Notes under the pieces: model-generated
What the model saw: the letters and a program-made list of their open reading frames with translations, nothing else
What the model was told of the DNA's origin: nothing
Database searches by the model: none
Program-made: the position numbers and the translations under genes
Shown: one piece after another, positions 57,944 to 64,000 of the stretch
Layout of the letters: each line of letters opens with the position of its first letter
How positions within the stretch are numbered: position 1 is the first letter of the stretch
Assembly (NCBI GenBank): GCA_964544275.1
Contig: CAZIZX010000004.1
Span: 20,251-84,250, forward strand
Source of the DNA: an uncultured Gammaproteobacteria bacterium
GTDB taxonomy: Bacteria; Patescibacteriota; Microgenomatia; UBA12405
Length of the DNA stretch: 64,000 nucleotides
Reading direction: 5' to 3'

Positions 57944-58172
57944 TATCCTATAACATAACACATTTTGGTGATCTTTTTTGATACAGTATGTATTCTTTAT
58001 TTAAATAATTTCCTATGTATTATTTACTCATAAAAATGGCAATAACTAAAAACAGACTCTTGTTAGCAGTCATCTCAATCGACCGCTAAAATCAAACCTA
58101 AACTCTCATCTGACCTATAATATTGGTACTGACAGTTCCCCCTTCGCCCGTTAATCTGCTATTATTTTATAA

Positions 58173-58568
58173 ATGCAAGTTGTTGTCCCAAAACCATGGG
58201 GTCGAGAAATTGTCTTAACCGACAACAAACTCCCATATACAGCCAAAATCCTGGAAATAAAAGCCGGCAGTAAGCTTTCGCTTCAATACCATGACCAAAA
58301 AATCGAAACATTAACTCTTTTCCAGGGATCAGCCAATATTACTTTTGGACCTTCCGTTCAAAATCTGACCACCCAAACCATGAAATCCAAAACCGGTTAC
58401 ACCTTCATCCCCAACACTATCCATCGTATCGAAGCTACCACCGATTGCATCATTTTCGAAGCCTCTTCTCCCGAAACCGGCACCACTTTCAGGCTGGAAG
58501 ACGACTACCGTCGCCAAAACGAAACCCAAACTATTAGAGATTTACCTAATCGAGGATGGCAACCATAA
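58173..58568 (+). CDS. Cupin-domain protein (mannose-6-P isomerase type II-like)
   Basis: 'VVPKPWGREIVL' is the PWGxE cupin start. 'LSLQYHDQKIETL...IHRIEA' are the metal-binding His positions. Confidence 0.5.
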   Translation: MQVVVPKPWGREIVLTDNKLPYTAKILEIKAGSKLSLQYHDQKIETLTLFQGSANITFGPSVQNLTTQTMKSKTGYTFIPNTIHRIEATTDCIIFEASSPETGTTFRLEDDYRRQNETQTIRDLPNRGWQP

Positions 58569-60877
58569 AATCCAACCAACCCAACATACTTTGGTTCAAT
58601 CAAATTAGTCGTGAAGATATCGACCTTGCCGGCGGCAAAGGGGCTAACCTGGGTGAAATGTATAGCCTAAATATTCCAGTTCCCAACGGCTTTGTTGTCA
58701 CTTCCGCTGCCTACTTTCGCTTCATCGAAGAAAACGAACTCAATCAAAAAATAAAAGACATCCTGACCGCCACCGATATTGACGATCCCAACCAATTACT
58801 TGATGCCTCCAAAAAATGCAAAGCCATAATAAAAAGAGGAGTAATCAACGAAAACCTGGCTATAGAAATCATGAAAGCCTACAAAAAACTTTCCGGCTTC
58901 GGTGGACTAAAAAATATTCCGGTAGCCGTCCGATCTTCCGCTACTGCCGAAGACCTACCCGACGCTTCCTTTGCTGGACAACAGGAAACTTTCTTGAATG
59001 TTATTGGTGAATCAAATGTCTTGAGTCGCGTCCAAGATTGCTGGGCTAGTCTTTTTACCCCCAGGGCTATCTTTTACCGCCAAAAGAAAAAATTTGACCA
59101 TTTCAAAGTTGGAATTGCCGTCCCCATCCAAAAACAAATTCAATCGGAAATCTCCGGTATTATGTTTACAGTTAATCCCGTTACTAACGACAAAACCAAT
59201 ATCATTGTCGAAACCGTTTGGGGGCTAGGAGAATATATCGTCCAAGGCACTATCACCCCGGATCAGCATATTATCAACAAAAACAACTGGACAGTTACTT
59301 CCAAAAGTCAGGTTAAACAAACCGTCCAGCTACTCAAATCATCAGACGAAACCAAAGAAGTAAGTGTCCCCAAAACAAAACAAAATAAGCCCAAAATATC
59401 GGATACCACCGCCGTCAAAATTGCCAAAATTGGACAAAAACTTCATAATCACTACGGCAAACCTCAGGACATCGAATTCGCCATCGACAAAAACCAGATT
59501 TTCATAGTTCAAACCCGACCGATCACTACCATCGAAAGCAATCAAAAAATATTGGAATCCCAACAGAAAATCACCAAAGAACCGGACCTTCTAGGTGAAG
59601 CCGCCAGTCCTGGTATAGCCAGCGGTCCGATAGTCATTATAAAAAGTCCCAAAGAAATCGATCGGGCCAAAAAAGGCCATATTTTGGTTACTTCAATGAC
59701 TACCCCCGATTTTGTTCCGGCTATGAAAAAAGTCAACGGCATTATCACCGACAAAGGCGGTCAAACATCTCACGCTGCTATTGTTAGTCGCGAACTCGGA
59801 GTCCCTTGTGTTGTTGGCACCAAAACAGCCACCTCTTCCCTCAAAGAGGGGGATATTGTCACTCTAAACGGCACCGAAGGTAAAATCTGGCACGGAGACC
59901 AAACACAAGGAAGTCAAATTTTTACACCACCAAGACTCCTTGGCAGCACAGCCCAAAAAACCGCCACCAAAATCATGATTAACTTGGGCGAACCTCAATT
60001 AGCCAAAGATTTGTCTTCCAGAAACGTCGATGGTATCGGCCTTCTTCGAGCGGAATTTATGATCGCCAACATCGGCATCCACCCCAAAAGAATGATTGCT
60101 GAAAATAAACAAAAGCAATACATAAACCAACTTACCAAAGGCTTGCTTCAATTTTGTCAAAATTTTACCCCTCGTCCGGTTATTTATCGAGCCACCGATT
60201 TCAAAACCAATGAATACCGTTATCTTAAATGGGGCAAATTATACGAACCGGAAGAGCCCAATCCTTTACTCGGCTTTCGGGGAGCAGTCCGCTACATCAA
60301 TTCTCCTGATGTTTTTGAAATGGAACTCGAAGCTATCAAACAAGTCAGAAACAAATATAATCTCAAAAATCTCTGGTTGATGATTCCTTTTGTGCGCACA
60401 CCCCAGGAACTTGAAAATGTCAAAAAGATAATTGCTTCAGCCGGCCTTCTTCGTTCTCCCTCTTTCAAGCTTTATATGATGGTCGAAATTCCCAGTAATG
60501 TGGTACTTCTGGACAAGTTTATCGATGTTGGCATAGATGGTATCTCTATCGGCAGCAACGACCTGACCATGTTAACCCTGGGTCTGGATCGAGACAATAG
60601 TGAAGTTGCCAAAGACTTTAATGAGATGGACTCGTCCGTCCTCTGGATGCTCAAAAAAACTATTACTACCGCCCAAAAACGAGGTATTAGTAGCTCCATC
60701 TGCGGCCAGGCACCCAGCAATTATCCCGAACTAGTCGAGAAACTTGTCAAATGGGGAGTTAGTAGCATTTCAGTTAGTCCCGACGCCATCGATCGAACCC
60801 GGGAAATTGTCGCTTGGGCCGAAAATAAACGATTAGATAATAAAGTTAGCAAAAAACCACAACCAGTTCACCCTTAA
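58556..60877 (+). CDS. ppsA: Phosphoenolpyruvate synthase (pyruvate, water dikinase)
   Basis: PPDK_N 'DIDLAGGKGANLGEM'. Phospho-His domain 'GGQTSHAAIVSRELGVPCVVG'. C-terminal PEP-utilising TIM barrel. 773 aa. Confidence 0.85.
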   Translation: MATIKSNQPNILWFNQISREDIDLAGGKGANLGEMYSLNIPVPNGFVVTSAAYFRFIEENELNQKIKDILTATDIDDPNQLLDASKKCKAIIKRGVINENLAIEIMKAYKKLSGFGGLKNIPVAVRSSATAEDLPDASFAGQQETFLNVIGESNVLSRVQDCWASLFTPRAIFYRQKKKFDHFKVGIAVPIQKQIQSEISGIMFTVNPVTNDKTNIIVETVWGLGEYIVQGTITPDQHIINKNNWTVTSKSQVKQTVQLLKSSDETKEVSVPKTKQNKPKISDTTAVKIAKIGQKLHNHYGKPQDIEFAIDKNQIFIVQTRPITTIESNQKILESQQKITKEPDLLGEAASPGIASGPIVIIKSPKEIDRAKKGHILVTSMTTPDFVPAMKKVNGIITDKGGQTSHAAIVSRELGVPCVVGTKTATSSLKEGDIVTLNGTEGKIWHGDQTQGSQIFTPPRLLGSTAQKTATKIMINLGEPQLAKDLSSRNVDGIGLLRAEFMIANIGIHPKRMIAENKQKQYINQLTKGLLQFCQNFTPRPVIYRATDFKTNEYRYLKWGKLYEPEEPNPLLGFRGAVRYINSPDVFEMELEAIKQVRNKYNLKNLWLMIPFVRTPQELENVKKIIASAGLLRSPSFKLYMMVEIPSNVVLLDKFIDVGIDGISIGSNDLTMLTLGLDRDNSEVAKDFNEMDSSVLWMLKKTITTAQKRGISSSICGQAPSNYPELVEKLVKWGVSSISVSPDAIDRTREIVAWAENKRLDNKVSKKPQPVHP

Positions 60878-61511
60878 GCTTTCTTTTCTTTAGAAAAAGA
60901 CTTAACTCCAAAGCACTTCCGGAAATAATTTCTTCATACATCTTTGTCATTTCCCGACAAATTACCACTTTTGTCTCCTCACCATAAACAGTTCTTATCT
61001 CATCAATTAATTTCCCAACCCGGAAAGGGGATTCATATACAATTTTACTTCCACTAACCTTAAAAAATTCTTCCAGCACCTTCATCCTGTCATTGTTCTT
61101 TTTCGGCAAAAAACCCAAAAACGAAAACCTCCCTCCCGGCAACCCCGACAATACCAAGGCATTGACTACCGCACTCGGACCGGGCACAGCCGTCATGTTC
61201 AATCCCAACTCCCGACATCTCTTAACCAATCTGTAGCCGGGATCCGAAATAGTTGGGGTACCAGCATCAGAAACCAAAGCAACATCTACCCCATTTTCCA
61301 ACAAACCAATAACTTCCGGCATTTTTTGCTCCTCAATCTCATCATAAAAGGAGATCAGTTTTGCCCTGCTTTCGATATTTAAATTTTTAAGCATCAAAGC
61401 TGTTACTCGAGTATCTTCACAAAGCAAATAATCTGTCCCTTCCAGAACTTCTCTGGCTCTCACCGACAAATCCTTCAAGTTTCCAATTGGAGTAGCCACA
61501 ATGTAAAGCAT
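60846..61511 (-). CDS. rsmI: 16S rRNA (cytidine1402-2'-O)-methyltransferase
   Basis: 'LYIVATPIGNLKDLSVRAREVL...LLCEDTR' is the tetrapyrrole-methylase-fold RsmI N-terminus. The 3' end overlaps ppsA convergently by 32 nt. Confidence 0.85.
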   Translation of the reverse strand: MLYIVATPIGNLKDLSVRAREVLEGTDYLLCEDTRVTALMLKNLNIESRAKLISFYDEIEEQKMPEVIGLLENGVDVALVSDAGTPTISDPGYRLVKRCRELGLNMTAVPGPSAVVNALVLSGLPGGRFSFLGFLPKKNNDRMKVLEEFFKVSGSKIVYESPFRVGKLIDEIRTVYGEETKVVICREMTKMYEEIISGSALELSLFLKKRKLKGELVVVFC

Positions 61512-62131
61512 TATTCAAAATGTCGAATAATTGCTACCACTTTTCCTCGAATCTCCACATCTGTCACAAATATTGGTGTCATCGTCGAATTAGCCGGCTG
61601 TAAACGAACCCTATTGGCTTCTTTGTAGTAACGCTTTAAAGTGGCAAAACCGTTTCTTAAAACAGCTACTACAATATCCCCATTATTAGCTATTTTCTGT
61701 TCTTTAATAACTACGTAATCTCCGTTCAAAATCCCATCATCTATCATCGAGTCTCCCTTTGCTTGAAGCACATAAGAATGATCTCCCGGTTTCACCATCT
61801 TCGAATTAACCGGCAAGGTCGCCTCCGGATCCGTATATGGCTCAATCGGCTCACCACAGGCTATAAAACCCAACACCGGCAGTTCAATAAATGCCTCGCT
61901 CGTCTGTTCCTGGCCGACTACTTCAATACCCCTGATAGCTCCACGGTACCTTCTAATCAATCCTTTCTTTTCCAATACCGCCAAATGTTCATGTACTGTC
62001 GCCAAAGATGATAGTCCTAAGTAATTAGCAATCTCCGTTAACGTCGGAGCGCAACCGCTTTTATCAATATTTTTAGCGATATAATCCAAAATTTGTTTTT
62101 GCCTTTTATATAATACAGTTGCCATATCCAA
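61511..62131 (-). CDS. lexA: LexA repressor
   Basis: N-terminal winged HTH 'LTEIANYLGLSSLATVHEHLAVLEKKGLI'. Cleavage region and S24 peptidase 'AKGDSMIDDGI...DIVVAVL'. Confidence 0.85.
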   Translation of the reverse strand: MDMATVLYKRQKQILDYIAKNIDKSGCAPTLTEIANYLGLSSLATVHEHLAVLEKKGLIRRYRGAIRGIEVVGQEQTSEAFIELPVLGFIACGEPIEPYTDPEATLPVNSKMVKPGDHSYVLQAKGDSMIDDGILNGDYVVIKEQKIANNGDIVVAVLRNGFATLKRYYKEANRVRLQPANSTMTPIFVTDVEIRGKVVAIIRHFE

Positions 62132-62172
62132 ATATTACACGAAGATTACCCGAAGTCAACTAAGCAATTTTC

Positions 62173-62190
62173 TGTTATATTTAAATAACA
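62173..62190. promoter_or_regulatory. Palindrome TGTTAT-N6-ATAACA in the lexA/transglutaminase divergent promoter region, candidate LexA (SOS) box
   Basis: An 18-bp dyad 'TGTTATATTTAAATAACA' lies 42 nt upstream of the lexA start and 3 nt upstream of the + strand gene. LexA is autoregulatory in characterised systems. Confidence 0.35.
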
Positions 62191-62192
62191 CC

Positions 62193-63971
62193 ATGATCAG
62201 CCTCTTTCTTATATTAATTTTATTCAAAATTTTCACCTCTCCCGCATTTTCCGCCAACGAGTTCAATCTCAAACAAACCATTACTTACACCATCAATCGC
62301 TCTGGCAGCGCCACCATCAATCAAGAGAACAAACTGATCAATAATTTCTCCCAAATTTATGCTCAGGAATACGTAATCCAACTTTCCGGAACCGATATTC
62401 AAAATATTATTGGTACGGATAGTGGCGGCAGTATCGTCAAATCGGTCCAAAAAGACGGAGATCAAACTATCATTTATCTAAAGTTTAACCATCCGGCTAT
62501 CGGCAAAGACAACTACACCTCATTTGAACTTAACTATCAAGTGCCTCAATTTGCTGTCAACAAAGGAAAAATCTGGGAAATCTCCCTGCCGGAATTTAGA
62601 AATCAACAGGAATCAGATACAATTTCAACTAATCTGATAATTCCCACTTCATTTGGAAAAATTTCTTTTTCTTCAATTCCCCTAGGTTCGGTTAATCAAA
62701 TGAGCAGTAATTACCACATCAATATCAACCAATCAAGCCTAGTAAACCAAAAAATACTACTAATTTTTGGTGATTTTCAGCTTTTTGACTTTGACCTAAC
62801 ATTTTATCTCAACAACGACTCATCGGATTTCATCTCCACTCAAATCGCCATCCCCCCCGACACCGAAAACCAAAGACTCATCTATACCCTGATAGAACCT
62901 CAACCAATTAATGTAACTCAGGACAATGACGGTAATTGGCTGGCCCTCTACTATCTCGACCCCAACCAAATCATTGAAGTTAAAGTTGCCGGCCAAGTCA
63001 AAATATCTCCTCTGAAAACAACTTTTGAAAATATCAATACCAACTCCCTCACCCAAGAACAAGAATACTGGCCAATATCCCACCCTCGCATTCAGGAAAT
63101 TGCTGCTAATCTGTCAACTCCCAAGTCTATTTATGATTATGTCACCCAAACATTAAGCTATGATTATGATCGGATTAACTCAGCTAAAAGAAAAGGGGCC
63201 CTCTTGGCTCTCGAGAATCCTAGTAACTCACTTTGTACCGAGTTTACTGACCTTTTTGTTACCCTAGCCCGTGCCAAAGGTATTCCTTCTCGGGAAATCC
63301 AGGGGTTTGCCTATACCAACAACCCCAAAATCAAACCCACCAACACCAACGCCGATATCCTCCACGCCTGGCCACAATACTTCGATCAGACGTCAAAGCA
63401 GTGGATATCCATTGACCCTACCTGGGGCAAAACCACCAACGGCATTGAATACTTTCATGATCTAGACCTAAATCACTTTACTTTTGTCATCCACGGTGAA
63501 GATAGCAGCTTACCACCCCCCCCGGGTTCCTACAAAGATGATCGTAATATAAAAACAGTCGATGTTCGTTTTGCCCAAAACGAAATTAACCCCCCGGAAA
63601 TCCTACCTTTAAAGCTTACTCCAATCAACATTGGTCTAAACCAAAACCCATCCATCATAATAAAAAATCCAAATTTTACTGCCATATCAAATATTGACAT
63701 CTCTGGAATTGGATTTGAATTCGGCCATCACATCGCCACTCTACCACCCTTAGGATCAATCGAAATAGATATTCCCAAAATACCTTTTTTAAAATCCCTT
63801 CTGCCTCACAATCAAGTTATAAAATTATTAATCTCAACAGACACGGGCCACAACCAAACTGCTGAAGTTAAGTATTTACCTCATTTTTTGAATTTAGCCA
63901 TAATCATACTTGGGATAATATTTACCATAAGCACTGGAGCTATAATATTTTTACTCAAGAAAAGAAAATGA
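62193..63971 (+). CDS. Transglutaminase-like cysteine protease superfamily protein, secreted/membrane-anchored
   Basis: Signal peptide and a C-terminal TM helix. The Cys-His-Asp core is 'SLCTEFTDLFVTLARAKGIP', 'ADILHAWPQYFD' and 'ISIDPTWG'. Confidence 0.6.
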   Translation: MISLFLILILFKIFTSPAFSANEFNLKQTITYTINRSGSATINQENKLINNFSQIYAQEYVIQLSGTDIQNIIGTDSGGSIVKSVQKDGDQTIIYLKFNHPAIGKDNYTSFELNYQVPQFAVNKGKIWEISLPEFRNQQESDTISTNLIIPTSFGKISFSSIPLGSVNQMSSNYHININQSSLVNQKILLIFGDFQLFDFDLTFYLNNDSSDFISTQIAIPPDTENQRLIYTLIEPQPINVTQDNDGNWLALYYLDPNQIIEVKVAGQVKISPLKTTFENINTNSLTQEQEYWPISHPRIQEIAANLSTPKSIYDYVTQTLSYDYDRINSAKRKGALLALENPSNSLCTEFTDLFVTLARAKGIPSREIQGFAYTNNPKIKPTNTNADILHAWPQYFDQTSKQWISIDPTWGKTTNGIEYFHDLDLNHFTFVIHGEDSSLPPPPGSYKDDRNIKTVDVRFAQNEINPPEILPLKLTPINIGLNQNPSIIIKNPNFTAISNIDISGIGFEFGHHIATLPPLGSIEIDIPKIPFLKSLLPHNQVIKLLISTDTGHNQTAEVKYLPHFLNLAIIILGIIFTISTGAIIFLLKKRK

Positions 63972-64000
63972 AAAAACTACTCCGCTACTCACTCCTGTTA

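Overview
Low-GC, gene-dense bacterial chromosomal window. Most genes sit on the + strand, intergenic spacers are very short and many stop/start codons overlap. This is the streamlined style seen in Patescibacteria/CPR-like genomes (inference only). No rRNA genes, CRISPR arrays, transposases or integrases were recognised.

Content from left to right:
(i) A division/cell-wall (dcw) cluster runs 1-15406: ftsL-like, ftsI, murE, a Bpt/ATE-like gene, murC-like, murA, mraY, an NlpC/P60 hydrolase, a LysW-like zinc ribbon on the minus strand, a fold-II PLP enzyme, an ATP-grasp ligase, ftsW, murG, ftsQ-like, ftsA and ftsZ. The insertions between these genes are atypical, and no recognisable murD or murF is present at the usual positions.
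(ii) ileS, a second SEDS (RodA-like) gene, rplU-rpmA, parB, lepB, tRNA-Val and zwf.
(iii) An envelope/glycan cluster: L,D-transpeptidase, a PGAP1-like hydrolase, two GT2 glycosyltransferases and an O-antigen-ligase-like protein.
(iv) tRNA-Thr and tRNA-Gly, a LysM protein, arsR with a palindromic operator, ndk, gmk, and a DUF2207-like protein with a poly-Gly tail.
(v) A roughly 10-kb compositionally atypical block (34.7-44.6 kb) that ends at the 3' end of tRNA-Asp. It carries a histidine phosphatase, an HD hydrolase, a protein with a PNP/UDP-phosphorylase-like C-terminal domain, serS behind a GC-rich structured leader, a GNAT, a HAD hydrolase, an ANT(4')/KNTase-like nucleotidyltransferase, an AMP-dependent ligase, two unknowns (one with a SEC-C motif) and a stand-alone HNH nuclease.
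(vi) A pol-beta-like PolX, lemA with an HtpX-like protease, dnaE, rplS, tRNA-Lys and lgt.
(vii) A signalling island that ends at the 3' end of tRNA-Glu: a response regulator, a CheB-CheR-PAS-histidine-kinase fusion, an unlisted excisionase-type HTH mini-ORF and a REC-like protein.
(viii) A holA-like gene, a cupin, ppsA, rsmI, lexA with a palindromic box, and a transglutaminase-like membrane protein.

The leads most worth checking are the tRNA-protein-transferase-like and LysW-like/PLP/ATP-grasp insertions inside the dcw cluster, and the two tRNA-flanked accessory blocks.
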